A DNA stretch of 32,000 nucleotides from Promethearchaeota archaeon (GCA_048938295.1 JBHLMI010000011.1:34270-66269), one strand, 5' to 3'. Positions 9,455 through 19,127 are shown, numbered from the stretch's first letter. The notes: generated from the letters alone by a model not told the origin. Numbers and translations: made by a program.

Positions 9455-10390
9455 TTACCGTGGTTTGTAAAGGTCTGTGCTCAAGTATTTTAGCCCTGAA
9501 TCGTTTAGCAACGTGACGACGGTGGCTTTCGGTCCTAATGTTTTCGCGATCCTAATGGCTGCTACCACATTGGCACCTGACGAAGTACCTGCGAAGAGTC
9601 CTTCCTCTCGTGCTAAGTGTTGAGCCATCTCTTTGGCTTCCTGTGTGGAAACTCGCATTATCTCATCAATCAAACTGGGCTTCCACAACGGGGGTATAAA
9701 CCCAATACCGATTCCATCGATACCATGAGCTCCCCTGCTCCCACCAGACAACACAGGTGATTCGTTCGGTTCAACAGCTACTATTTTCACATCTGGATGC
9801 TGCTTTTTCAAAACCATCGCGGTTCCCATGAGCGATCCTGCCGTCCCAACGACTTGGACAAAGGCATCAACCGTTCCCTCTGTTTGCTCCCAAATTTCTT
9901 CACCGAGGGCAAAATATCCGGAGATCTGGTCTTGGTTATACAGTTGATTTGTCCAGTAGGTTTCAGGTGTTTCACTAATTTTGCGCGCTTTTTCAATCAT
10001 TGCCTCAATTAATTCCTTGGTTATCCCGCGTCCATGACTCGGAATAACTGTTACTTCCGCACCTAAAGCCTGCATATGATCCAGTTTATCACGACTAAAG
10101 GCATCCGAAGAGATTATCCGAAGCCGATACCCTTTCGCTGCACAAATAAATGCTAACGATGTGCCCGTACTTCCCCCGGTATATTCAACTACCGTTCCAC
10201 CCGGTTTCAACCGCCCATCTTGTTCGGCTTTAACAATCATTGCTTGTGCCATACGATCTTTCATGCTCCCCGTTGGGTTTTCCCACTCCAACTTTACAAG
10301 CACACGGGCATATCCCTTTGGAACCACTTGCTGCAACTGCACCAATGAAGTATTCCCAATGGCGGCTAGAATATTCGCTTCACTTTTCAC
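9455..10390 (-). CDS. PLP-dependent cysteine synthase family protein (non-canonical substrate loop)
   Basis: KLEWENPTGSMKDR (PLP Lys), GTAGS, TSSGAN, DSGLKYLS. Substrate loop reads EYTGGSTG rather than EPTSGNTG. Confidence 0.88.
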   Translation of the reverse strand: MKSEANILAAIGNTSLVQLQQVVPKGYARVLVKLEWENPTGSMKDRMAQAMIVKAEQDGRLKPGGTVVEYTGGSTGTSLAFICAAKGYRLRIISSDAFSRDKLDHMQALGAEVTVIPSHGRGITKELIEAMIEKARKISETPETYWTNQLYNQDQISGYFALGEEIWEQTEGTVDAFVQVVGTAGSLMGTAMVLKKQHPDVKIVAVEPNESPVLSGGSRGAHGIDGIGIGFIPPLWKPSLIDEIMRVSTQEAKEMAQHLAREEGLFAGTSSGANVVAAIRIAKTLGPKATVVTLLNDSGLKYLSTDLYKPR

Positions 10391-10538
10391 GCAGCCAACC
10401 AGCTACCTCCAACTGCGTCTCTAAAGCCTAAATATCTTATTCCAAGTTAATGACGCAACAGTAGGCCATTATGTTGCGTTTCGAAGACATACATGCCTAG
10501 GATTTTTCAAATGATGCGAAAATTAGCGTTGTTTCAAG

Positions 10539-11768
10539 TCATTCAGTGGGTTTTATGCGTAATCTGTAGAGGAGTAACAAAAGGGGAATTAACAGGAGGC
10601 TGCCACTAGCAATAAGGAATGCATAGAGGTAATTATTTCCACTGGCTGCAAGGAGAAAACCAACAGTGATTGGTCCCAGGACTTGTCCTACATCCATAAT
10701 GGTGCTGAGAAGCCCGAGTGCTGTGCCTTTCAATTTGTGGTGCACCACCTCGGTGATAAACGGGATAGTTGCAGAAACTACCCCTGCCATCGCTAACGCC
10801 ATGGGAACGATTACACCGATTTGAATCAGAGGATAGGGAAGCAACACCAGCAAGATAGTGAATACACACATCGCAATAAGTCCCCCAATAATGAATACCT
10901 GTCGCCCATATCGATCGGATAACGCTCCGAGGGCTGGGCTTGAAAACAGGAGTATAGCGGTAAATAGGGATAAGAGGGGGCCGGTCATCCACTCAGCAAT
11001 TCCGGCGTTGGTCGTCCAGTAGAGGGGCATGAAAAATTCGAAAGCCCCATACAGGAAGAACACAGCCGCTTGAGCCAAGCAAATTAACAACACCTGGACG
11101 GTTGTGACCTGTCGTAACATTGCAAAGTTCATTCTTTCTTCAGAAACCGGCTCAAAATCCTGCCTGTGCTTCGTGGTAAGTGAGAACACAAGCGTTAATC
11201 CAAGCGCAATGAGGCCGAATACGCCACATGCCAAGTAGACTCCTTGGTACACATTGAGGCTCAGTACAGCGAATATCGGGAACGCCAGTAACAGTCCTCC
11301 TACGAGGGGAGCCAGCATGCGACCCACACGTGTTGATGAGGAATAGGTAGCCATCCGCTCTCCACGACGGCTCGTATACAAACCCGCCACTATTGCTAGG
11401 GCAATCGGACCAAGAATAGCGGTCGCGAATCCGTGTAGAAATCGCACCCAGAAGAGCTGCTGCGGTGTAATAATGGGGAGATACAAGAAGGGAACAAATG
11501 CTACAAGTAGGATTGAAATCCAAAGCATCCCGCGTGGTCCTTTTCGATCTGCTACCATTCCTGCCGGGATACTGACGAGAATTCCTGGAATTGTCGAAGC
11601 AGCTGCAATGAATCCCATCTGCTCAGGGGAAGCACCCAGAAATCCAGCAAAAAAGGGCAGCACAGGTGACTTGGACATCGTCGTACTCAAAATTGCGACT
11701 GCACCAATAGCCGAAAGCAGCACCATGGGGGTGAAGGTCTGAGATTTCGACCCCGATTCCTGTGCCAT
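10539..11768 (-). CDS. MFS transporter (DHA-like)
   Basis: Motif-A-like GMVADRKGPR and GALSDRYGRQ; about 12 TM helices. Its ATG overlaps the stop of the upstream ChrB gene (TAATG). Confidence 0.88.
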   Translation of the reverse strand: MAQESGSKSQTFTPMVLLSAIGAVAILSTTMSKSPVLPFFAGFLGASPEQMGFIAAASTIPGILVSIPAGMVADRKGPRGMLWISILLVAFVPFLYLPIITPQQLFWVRFLHGFATAILGPIALAIVAGLYTSRRGERMATYSSSTRVGRMLAPLVGGLLLAFPIFAVLSLNVYQGVYLACGVFGLIALGLTLVFSLTTKHRQDFEPVSEERMNFAMLRQVTTVQVLLICLAQAAVFFLYGAFEFFMPLYWTTNAGIAEWMTGPLLSLFTAILLFSSPALGALSDRYGRQVFIIGGLIAMCVFTILLVLLPYPLIQIGVIVPMALAMAGVVSATIPFITEVVHHKLKGTALGLLSTIMDVGQVLGPITVGFLLAASGNNYLYAFLIASGSLLLIPLLLLLYRLRIKPTE

Positions 11769-12307
11769 TATAAAGATCCCCCCGGAATTGATGGAGGCAA
11801 TCGCTCACGCAACGTGGTATAGATCAGGTGGAACCGCTCTTCACGGTTCAACGGAACCAATTGTTCATGAAGTTCTTCACGAACCCGACGCAACAGCAAC
11901 CCAGCATATAATGCATCCAATACAGTCAAGCCCTTTTGTACCGCGTCCTGGTCGTTGTCACCCAGAAACGCTAAACCACTCAATGTCAACTCCACTCCAC
12001 GCGCATCCGGAGCCCTATCCAAATCTTTCTGAATATCCGCTGAATGAATTATTGCGGCCATATCCTGCAACACCGGATCTGTCAGCGCATAGTGCTTCAC
12101 TAACACCTCGAAGGTACACATGTTATCGTGATGGGTAAAAGGAATATCTAGGTCAGGAAAATCAAACGGCGTTCCATCCTCCTCAGCAAGTACTGCACCT
12201 GGCCACGACACAAACTTGAACTCCGCATCTAGATCAATAAACCGTTTTATCAACCACGGACATGCCACCCGATCTACATGTACATGGGCACGCGTAACCC
12301 AACGCAT
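11768..12307 (-). CDS. Chromate-resistance ChrB C-terminal-domain protein
   Basis: MRWVTR...VDRVACPWLIKRFID..AEF.FV, PFD, FTHHDNMCTFE, IHSADI, DARG...G, typical of the ChrB_C family. Confidence 0.85.
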   Translation of the reverse strand: MRWVTRAHVHVDRVACPWLIKRFIDLDAEFKFVSWPGAVLAEEDGTPFDFPDLDIPFTHHDNMCTFEVLVKHYALTDPVLQDMAAIIHSADIQKDLDRAPDARGVELTLSGLAFLGDNDQDAVQKGLTVLDALYAGLLLRRVREELHEQLVPLNREERFHLIYTTLRERLPPSIPGGSL

Positions 12308-12458
12308 AACAAGACCTCTAACAAATCAGGAAATACGATGACGCTACTTATACTCCTGAAATTAATAAAGCCAGCAGTTAGTATCCAATGATACCAATGA
12401 CGTGAAAGATGATTTGTATTAAATCGCATTCTGAGAAAAATGCATAGACACAGCGGTT

Positions 12459-13085
12459 TTACTTTGGATATCCTATTGTTTGTGCGAATAGTACCCTTTG
12501 GTTGGGTCGCAGGTTGAATTCCGTTGCGATACTAGCCGTATCACAATTATGGAACCAAGTTGCGAGTCCTTCTGACGCTGCAAAGAGGTAGATGTTTTGG
12601 GCAATAAAGCCGGTATCAGTGTAATAGTACGATTTCTGAACTTCAGAGTCTCCAATGCTTGGGTCTGGTTGGTTGGGTCCCAAATCATAGCGGGAAAAAT
12701 TGACAACATAGAAGATATTTACGGGCGTTTTACTTGTGAGGCTCGCGGCCCGAGGGCTGCAGGAGAGGCTGCGAAAGTCCTTTGCGGAAATGGGGGTCAG
12801 TTGATGCGGACTTGCTTCGTACAAATAGAGGCCATCTTTCAATGCTACGTACAGGTCAATTTCTTGCGAATTGCTTGCTGAAGGCGCTGTCCGTCCAGGT
12901 TTGCTAAAAGCTCCCGTTTTACGGTTTACGCCAAAGGCTGCCCAAAGCAAGTTGGAAAGCACCTGAAGTGGGAGCTCTCTTGAGCTAATATTTCGGTCCG
13001 TCTGCCTGAGGTGCAAAGCCTCCAGTAACGTTTTCCCACCTGTTTTCTCAGGTTTTGGTAGAATAATTGGTTCCATTTTACTCAT
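12459..13085 (-). CDS. Nitroreductase family protein (SagB/ThcOx-like)
   Basis: ALHLRQTDR, LSNLLWAAFG, RTAPSASNSQEIDLYV, DTGFIAQNIYLFA...GL. Start is refined to ATG 13085 (AGGAGA upstream). Confidence 0.85.
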   Translation of the reverse strand: MSKMEPIILPKPEKTGGKTLLEALHLRQTDRNISSRELPLQVLSNLLWAAFGVNRKTGAFSKPGRTAPSASNSQEIDLYVALKDGLYLYEASPHQLTPISAKDFRSLSCSPRAASLTSKTPVNIFYVVNFSRYDLGPNQPDPSIGDSEVQKSYYYTDTGFIAQNIYLFAASEGLATWFHNCDTASIATEFNLRPNQRVLFAQTIGYPK

Positions 13086-13093
13086 CTTGTCTC

Positions 13094-13918
13094 CTAATTT
13101 TGTTCCCATTTTTGGTAGACCGCTTCGATGCCATCGCCTACGACTTCAATGTCGGTAATCTCGCCTATGCCGGCTTCATGGAGCCACCTAACATGATCGA
13201 TGGTATGGGGGTCGATGCCAATGCACCGGGCGGCGGTGGCGTCGGCAGCGACTGGGTCGACACTGGCGATGATGGTGTCCATCTTCACAGGGGTTCCACT
13301 CCATGGACCCGGACCTGATTTGCCGTAGAAGCCATCGATGACGCTGAGCGTGGGGGGGAGGGTCTTACAGATATCGTAAACAAAGTTGTTCGTGCCGAGT
13401 GGGTGCAAGCCATATTTGTTCCGAATGGTGAGCATCCCGAACATATTCTTCAACCCCATCGTAATCGTGGTATGCTGCAAGGTCTTCATGGAAGGCACAG
13501 TGATAATGGCAGATTCGACGGCGAGTCGAGCCACTTTAAACTTCGCTAGCGCCTGGTGGTCTGTGACCTCGAGTTCCACCTTATCTTTGAGCTTACGCAT
13601 GTTGATGTACTCGGACCCCAAGCGTTCAATGACCTCCATCATTCCGGTCTCAACAATCGCGTCATCCGGTGAGGTGGTTCCTCCTTCGGTCTCTACCACG
13701 ATCGCCTTTTTGTCTAGGTCCTGAACTTTCCTAATCACCGCCTCCACCACGACAGGATCCGTGGTGATGCCGGTCTCAAAGGTGTGGTCAGTGATTAGAT
13801 TGGGCTTAACTAAGACCGTATCATACGGCTTAAGGGCTTCTTGGAATGGAATTAGATCTATTGCCCGAAAGACCGGTTTAAGACTTCGTTCTCCCTTAAC
13901 GACTGCGACCAATGACAT
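13094..13918 (-). CDS. DUF362-domain protein
   Basis: VLVKPNL, TTDPVVV, VPSMKT...ITMGLKNMFG, IDGFYG...GP, ASVDPVAADA. No attached ferredoxin domain. Confidence 0.85.
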   Translation of the reverse strand: MSLVAVVKGERSLKPVFRAIDLIPFQEALKPYDTVLVKPNLITDHTFETGITTDPVVVEAVIRKVQDLDKKAIVVETEGGTTSPDDAIVETGMMEVIERLGSEYINMRKLKDKVELEVTDHQALAKFKVARLAVESAIITVPSMKTLQHTTITMGLKNMFGMLTIRNKYGLHPLGTNNFVYDICKTLPPTLSVIDGFYGKSGPGPWSGTPVKMDTIIASVDPVAADATAARCIGIDPHTIDHVRWLHEAGIGEITDIEVVGDGIEAVYQKWEQN

Positions 13919-14009
13919 AACTCAATTTACAGACCATTAGCTATTAAAATTCAACATTGATGAGAATGTCATTCTAAACCGTTCTTATTGTATTCAGCTA
14001 ACCACAATT

Positions 14010-14414
14010 TTAGTCTTTGAGTGGCATAATTGTATACTTCACCTGAAGAAGGCCACGCATGGCACGGATCCGACTTATGAACTCGGTTATGTCCTCGGCT
14101 TCTCCCTCGGCAATGAATACCTCAAGGCAATAGGCTTCACCGAGGTGCAAATGCATGTTACCCGACACAATATGGCTGTAAGCATGACGGAGACGAGTTA
14201 ATCGCTCATCCACTCCCTGCTGCTCGTGGGTCGAGATGGCCGTGATGGTGGCCGTAACCCGTCCTCCTTCAAACTTTTCAAGTTCAAATTCAGAAAGTGC
14301 GGTACGAACCGCATCTCGAATAGCCTCCGAACGACTAGAATAACCCCGTTCCTGCATGAATTGATCCAATTGCTTTAGGAGTTTGGTGGTCAGAGAAATG
14401 CTAATAATGGGCAT
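14010..14414 (-). CDS. nikR: Nickel-responsive transcriptional regulator NikR
   Basis: RHH domain (IISISL...GYSSRSEAIRDA) plus ACT-like domain with Ni ligands LRH, HLH and YCLEV (His, His, His, Cys). AGGTGA RBS. Confidence 0.9.
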   Translation of the reverse strand: MPIISISLTTKLLKQLDQFMQERGYSSRSEAIRDAVRTALSEFELEKFEGGRVTATITAISTHEQQGVDERLTRLRHAYSHIVSGNMHLHLGEAYCLEVFIAEGEAEDITEFISRIRAMRGLLQVKYTIMPLKD

Positions 14415-14553
14415 GCCATCACCTTATTAATTCTTAGCATCGATTTTAATAAATATTATTAGGAATTTGCATTTTAATTAGCACTACCTTAATAGATTAT
14501 ACCAGCATCAGGTGAATTCAGACTAGACGTATTATGTCCTGGGGAAATCACTA

Positions 14554-16500
14554 GTGCCAGACCAGCGTTACGAAAATGGGAATAATTGCACAGTGTGCGA
14601 AGTAGCCTTTGAACCTGCCATTCACAGATCTTCGTTTTGGCGTGATTACCGGGTTCTCATTATTCTTGTCTCAACTGCGTTGTTTGCCTTGGGACTCATC
14701 GTCGATTTCGTCCTGCACCAGCAGCTCATCGCCTTTGCCCTGTACCTATTTGCGGTGGGTATTGCAGGGTATTCCATTGCTAAAGAGGGAATCAAAGCAT
14801 TGATCTTCAAGCGACGGCTGAACATCGCCTTTCTAATGACAATCGCGGCCGTGGCCAGCTTCTTCATTGGACATCCAGCGGAAGGTGCTGCTGTAATGGT
14901 GCTGTACTTCATTGCGGAGTTTCTTGAAATTAAGGCGAATGAGAATGCCCAGCGATCCGTCGCTTCCCTGATGAAGTTGGCACCGGAAACGGCGACTATA
15001 AAACGTGATGGCAAAGAATCCCGCGTTCATGTTCACGAAGTAAACCTCGATGAAATAGTGGTGGTTCGACCCGGTGAAAAAATCCCGTTAGATGGAATCG
15101 TTATCCAGGGATCGTCTAGTGTCAATCAAGCCCCCATTACTGGTGAATCGCTTCCAGTCGAAAAAGAAGCCAATGATGAGGTGTACGCAGGGACCATAAA
15201 CAATGAAGGCTATCTCGAAATTCGAGTAACCCGATTATCGAATGAAACCGTGCTTGCCAAGATTTTGACCATGGTTGAGGAGGCGCAAAAATCCAAATCT
15301 CCTATTGAACACTTCGTGGACAAGTTTGCGAAATATTATACACCCTCAGTCGTTGTCGTTGCGGTTGTTGTTGCAACGATTCCATCAATTCTTTTGGGTG
15401 CTCTTTGGATAGACTGGATCTATCGAGCCCTTATTCTTCTGGTAATATCTTGTCCTTGTGCTCTCGCTATCGGAACGCCGGTGGCGATGGTGTCAGCTTT
15501 GACGAGTGCAACGAAGCAAGGGGTGCTGATTAAAGGAAGTCGGTATATCGAAGCATTGGGCAACGTGAAGGTGGTCGCATTCGATAAGACCGGAACCTTG
15601 ACTTCGGGTCAATTAGCGGTGACCGACGTTATTTCCTTTGACGAATCTGACGAATCGGTTCTCCGAGTGGCAGCGTCAATTGAGAGCTTCTCGGAGCACC
15701 CAATTAGTAAAGCAATTGTAGCGAAAGCCTTGAATCCCGGATTACAAGTCAGCGACGTGGATGATTTCACAACTATCACTGGACAAGGCGTCTCGGGCAG
15801 AATCGACACCGTACAATATTTTGTTGGAAGTGAACGGCTTTTCACTAAATTAGCTATCCCGTATCCTAAGAATCAAGTTCGGCATCTAGAGGAAGAAGGA
15901 AAAACAGTTATCCTGGTCGGTGATTCAGCGCGAGCGATTGGCGTAATTGCAATTCAGGATACGATTCGACCCTCCAGTATGAGTACCATTGCAACTCTGA
16001 AACAAATGGGGATCAAAACCGTCATGGTGACCGGCGATAATGAACACACTGCCGCGTTTATCGCCAAACAAATCGGCATCGATGCGTTCTATGCAAATCT
16101 GATGCCTGAAGATAAAGTCAAGATTCTCGAAGAGTTGCAGCAACATTACGGGGCCATCGCAATGGTGGGAGATGGGGTGAATGATGCCCCCTCGCTAGCC
16201 ACCGCGGATGTAGGCATTGCGATGGGAGCTATTGGAAGTGACGCGGCTATCGAAACCGCCGACATTGCATTAATGCATGATGATCTCGCAAAATTGCCCT
16301 ATCTATTTGAACTGAGCCAAAAAACGCGAAGTATTGTTCGTCAAAATATCGGAACCGCATTAATTGTAAAATTTAGTCTGGCCGCTCTGGTCTTCCCGGG
16401 CTTAATCACTCTCTGGTTGGCGGTAGCCATCGGAGATATGGGCTTATCTTTAGCAGTTATACTCAACGCGATGCGACTTTCCCGAGTAAGAGCTGAATGA
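14554..16500 (+). CDS. Heavy-metal P1B-2 ATPase (Zn/Cd/Pb exporter, ZntA/CadA-like)
   Basis: TGES, SCPCAL, DKTGTLT, SEHP, TGDN, GDGVNDAP. TM7 Lys (LIVKF) and TM8 Asp (GDMG) are P1B-2 signatures. Confidence 0.93.
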   Translation: MPDQRYENGNNCTVCEVAFEPAIHRSSFWRDYRVLIILVSTALFALGLIVDFVLHQQLIAFALYLFAVGIAGYSIAKEGIKALIFKRRLNIAFLMTIAAVASFFIGHPAEGAAVMVLYFIAEFLEIKANENAQRSVASLMKLAPETATIKRDGKESRVHVHEVNLDEIVVVRPGEKIPLDGIVIQGSSSVNQAPITGESLPVEKEANDEVYAGTINNEGYLEIRVTRLSNETVLAKILTMVEEAQKSKSPIEHFVDKFAKYYTPSVVVVAVVVATIPSILLGALWIDWIYRALILLVISCPCALAIGTPVAMVSALTSATKQGVLIKGSRYIEALGNVKVVAFDKTGTLTSGQLAVTDVISFDESDESVLRVAASIESFSEHPISKAIVAKALNPGLQVSDVDDFTTITGQGVSGRIDTVQYFVGSERLFTKLAIPYPKNQVRHLEEEGKTVILVGDSARAIGVIAIQDTIRPSSMSTIATLKQMGIKTVMVTGDNEHTAAFIAKQIGIDAFYANLMPEDKVKILEELQQHYGAIAMVGDGVNDAPSLATADVGIAMGAIGSDAAIETADIALMHDDLAKLPYLFELSQKTRSIVRQNIGTALIVKFSLAALVFPGLITLWLAVAIGDMGLSLAVILNAMRLSRVRAE

Positions 16501-16692
16501 ACCATTTAGATAAAAAGTGCTCAAAGGAAGGAAAGAGCCTTTCACTACCGTAGGCGTTATCCGCTATTCTCTTGGCCTTCGAAGACAAAATTCTTCGCGT
16601 ATCACGGATTGCTGCCTTTTGAGGACCTTTTTTATACCAGCGTGACTTAACACTGTTAATACTAAATACTGTTAGGTTCATGGCGGCTTGCT

Positions 16693-17664
16693 GTGTTAGC
16701 TAAGAATCCGATTGATCTTATCGGTAATACACCCATGGTGCTTGTGCGTAGCCTTAATCCAAATCCAAAGGTGCGTTTTTACCTGAAGCTTGAAAAATTC
16801 AATCCAGGTGGCTCGGTTAAGGACCGCATTGCCAAGTATATGATCGAAGATGCAGAACAACGCGGGGTACTGACTAAAGATAAGATTGTCGTGGAACCTA
16901 CGAGTGGGAATACGGGTATTGGTCTGGCGATGGTGTGTGGCGTTAAGGAGCATCGGCTTGTGCTGGTGATGCCCGAATCGATGACTCGAGAACGTCGACA
17001 GATGCTGATTGCGTATGGGGCGCACCTTATCCTAACCCCCGCGAAAAAGGGTATGGATGGTGCAGAAGATGAAGCCCATCGTATTGCCAACGAGAATCCG
17101 GATACCTATTTCATGCCCAACCAGTTCGCCAATGAAGCGAATGTACGGGCTCACCGAGAAACGACAGCCGAGGAAATCTGGCGGGATACAAGAGGAAAGA
17201 TCACCCATTTTGTTGCTGGATTAGGAACGACGGGGACTGTCATGGGCGTAGGTTCCGCATTGAAACCTAGAAATAAAGAATTACAACTCATTTGTGTGGA
17301 AGCGGATGCCAAAACGCCGATACCCGGGCTCAAGAACCTCACAACGCAATATGTGCCCAAAATCTTTCAGAAGGAATTGATTGATGGACGAACAACTGTC
17401 TGCTTAGATGAGGCCCAAGAAGCTGTACGACTTTTGGCGTTACGCGAAGGAGTGTTTGTAGGTCCCAGTTCAGGGGCAATTTTCATTAGGGCACACGAAC
17501 TGGCAAAGTCAATTAAATCAGGGACAATCGTGGCTTTAATGCCAGACGGAGGAGAACGATACCTTAGTACACAGGAATGTGATCTCAACAAGTGCAGTGA
17601 ATGCGTCCAACGATACGGAATTGAATGCATACTACCTTCGCTACGATCCCCCAAATCACTGTAG
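16693..17664 (+). CDS. Cysteine synthase (CysM-like) with Cys-rich C-terminal tail
   Basis: KLEKFNPGGSVKDR, EPTSGNTG, NQF, GLGTTGT, IPGLKN, PSSGA, PDGGERYLS. Confidence 0.9.
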   Translation: MLAKNPIDLIGNTPMVLVRSLNPNPKVRFYLKLEKFNPGGSVKDRIAKYMIEDAEQRGVLTKDKIVVEPTSGNTGIGLAMVCGVKEHRLVLVMPESMTRERRQMLIAYGAHLILTPAKKGMDGAEDEAHRIANENPDTYFMPNQFANEANVRAHRETTAEEIWRDTRGKITHFVAGLGTTGTVMGVGSALKPRNKELQLICVEADAKTPIPGLKNLTTQYVPKIFQKELIDGRTTVCLDEAQEAVRLLALREGVFVGPSSGAIFIRAHELAKSIKSGTIVALMPDGGERYLSTQECDLNKCSECVQRYGIECILPSLRSPKSL

Positions 17665-17935
17665 AATTGGTTAGTGGGTAATTCGCTGGTTTTAACTCGT
17701 ATTAAAGCCACGATTGTAAAAAGGATATTCTTCCGATCGTCCTTGTTGCTAATAACCACTATTCCTCTGGTCATTCGCCTCGTACAGTTTAACCTGCAAC
17801 ACATGCCACTGTGTACATGTCGAATAAATTGTATATATTATTCCGAAAGGCTTTTACGTCGTCACAATGGGAAGGTGTCGTTCTTCACGCAGGCGTTGAA
17901 TAAATGAAAGCGCGAGATTGTAAGGGGTGAAATGA

Positions 17936-18364
17936 TTGAGTTCGTCCAAACATGTTATTGATGTGGCTCGCAGAAAAGTGGTTTCAGGGCTTCCGAACGA
18001 CTCGCTCCAGTCGATAGCCAAGAGTATGGTGGACCATTGGATTACTAGTGTTGTCATCGTGGAAGCGGGGAAACCCGTGGGAATCGTGACTGATGGCATA
18101 ATATTCAGGCTAATAGCTAAGGGGCATAATCCATTGAAGCTTATGGCAAAGGATGTAATGGCTCACCCAGTGGAAACAATCCATGAAGATGTAGATCTGG
18201 AAGATGCCGAAGACGCTTTTCGAAAATCCAAGGTGAGCCGGTTAGTAATAGTAAATGATAAAGGACAGGTTAAAGGCATCGTCAGCAAAAAAGACGTGGA
18301 TCGGTTTGCCGCCTATTCGCTGGCAGAAAAGCTCCTTCAACATCGACACGAAGTCATGGACTAA
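17936..18364 (+). CDS. Stand-alone CBS-domain-pair protein
   Basis: Two CBS repeats (PVGIVTDG; VKGIVSKKD; DVMAHPVETI). TTG start with GGTGA upstream. Confidence 0.88.
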   Translation: MSSSKHVIDVARRKVVSGLPNDSLQSIAKSMVDHWITSVVIVEAGKPVGIVTDGIIFRLIAKGHNPLKLMAKDVMAHPVETIHEDVDLEDAEDAFRKSKVSRLVIVNDKGQVKGIVSKKDVDRFAAYSLAEKLLQHRHEVMD

Positions 18365-18610
18365 TCTTCAACTCCCTATGACAAATAGTAAAGCTAGCGT
18401 GAGACGTGGTTTTACAGTCGATAAATACCACTAGCATTGGCTTCGTAGACATGAGCGCAACACTTGAAAAAGGACGTGAGAATAGTAGTCGTGGCTACCC
18501 AACATTTAGCCTATGAGTGGCGTGATCGTGTACTTTGGTATTCTACTCTAGGCAATTGGTGACTTGTGTTAGGAATTAAACACTAGTAGTATTTTCATAC
18601 TATCGTGTTG

Positions 18611-18617
18611 AAAAAAA
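18611..18617 (-). terminator. Oligo-U tract downstream of hsp20
   Basis: T7 on the minus strand, preceded by a pyrimidine-rich stretch, about 20 nt after the stop codon. Resembles an archaeal-type terminator. Confidence 0.5.
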
Positions 18618-18635
18618 GAGGAGAAGGGGATCAAG

Positions 18636-19127
18636 CTAGTGTAGCTTGATCTGCTTCATTTTTCGTTGGGGGCTAGGTTCCCGTTTGGGTATTTCCAGGT
18701 TTAAGACACCATTTTCCATGGTGCCTTCCGCGAGGTCGGGGTCGACTTCTTCGGGGAAGTTGATGGTTCGTTGGCTAGCAGAATAGCTTCGTTCGCGGTG
18801 CACAAATTCTTGGTCGTTTGCTGCTTTTTCTAATTTTCTTTCTGCGCGGATGTTCAATGTGTCATTGTTCAACTCGATTTTGACCATTTCCTTGCTATAT
18901 CCGGGGAGTTCTGCTTTGATCAAGTATTGGTGGCCCTGATCGATGATATCGACAAGGGCTGCTCGAGTCGGCAAGGCATCCATTCTACTTGGCTCCCATG
19001 CTCGCATCGGGAGGAAGGGCGCCATCATATTGTCGAAAGATCTCTTGAAGTCGTCGAAGAGGGAATCAAATCCGCGGTAGAGGCGGTTATCGTTTCTCGG
19101 TTCAACCGCTACTCGTTGTTCGTTCAT
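18636..19127 (-). CDS. hsp20: Small heat-shock protein Hsp20
   Basis: Alpha-crystallin domain (VDIID...IKAELPG...RER.Y....RTINFPEEVD...A...NGVL...IPK) with C-terminal IxI-type QIKL. The true start is TTG 19187 or ATG 19127, downstream of its promoter, not the ORF-track start at 19283. Confidence 0.92.
   Translation of the reverse strand: MNEQRVAVEPRNDNRLYRGFDSLFDDFKRSFDNMMAPFLPMRAWEPSRMDALPTRAALVDIIDQGHQYLIKAELPGYSKEMVKIELNNDTLNIRAERKLEKAANDQEFVHRERSYSASQRTINFPEEVDPDLAEGTMENGVLNLEIPKREPSPQRKMKQIKLH

Noticed and set aside
14415-14553. NikR box in the nikR/ATPase divergent spacer
   Set aside because: The best 6-16-6 candidate (ATATTA...TAATTA, 14453-14480) lacks the G/C anchors and is expected by chance in AT-rich DNA. 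The GTATTA at 14529 has no partner half-site.
16647-16659. Short palindromes TTAACA-C-TGTTAA (upstream of cysM) and AGAATG-T-CATTCT (13963-13975)
   Set aside because: Single 6-1-6 repeats with no second copy. They cannot be distinguished from chance without comparative data.
17674-17907. 77-aa plus-strand ORF and the overlapping minus-strand 145-aa ORF between cysM and the CBS gene
   Set aside because: No motif or RBS; probably intergenic or promoter DNA.
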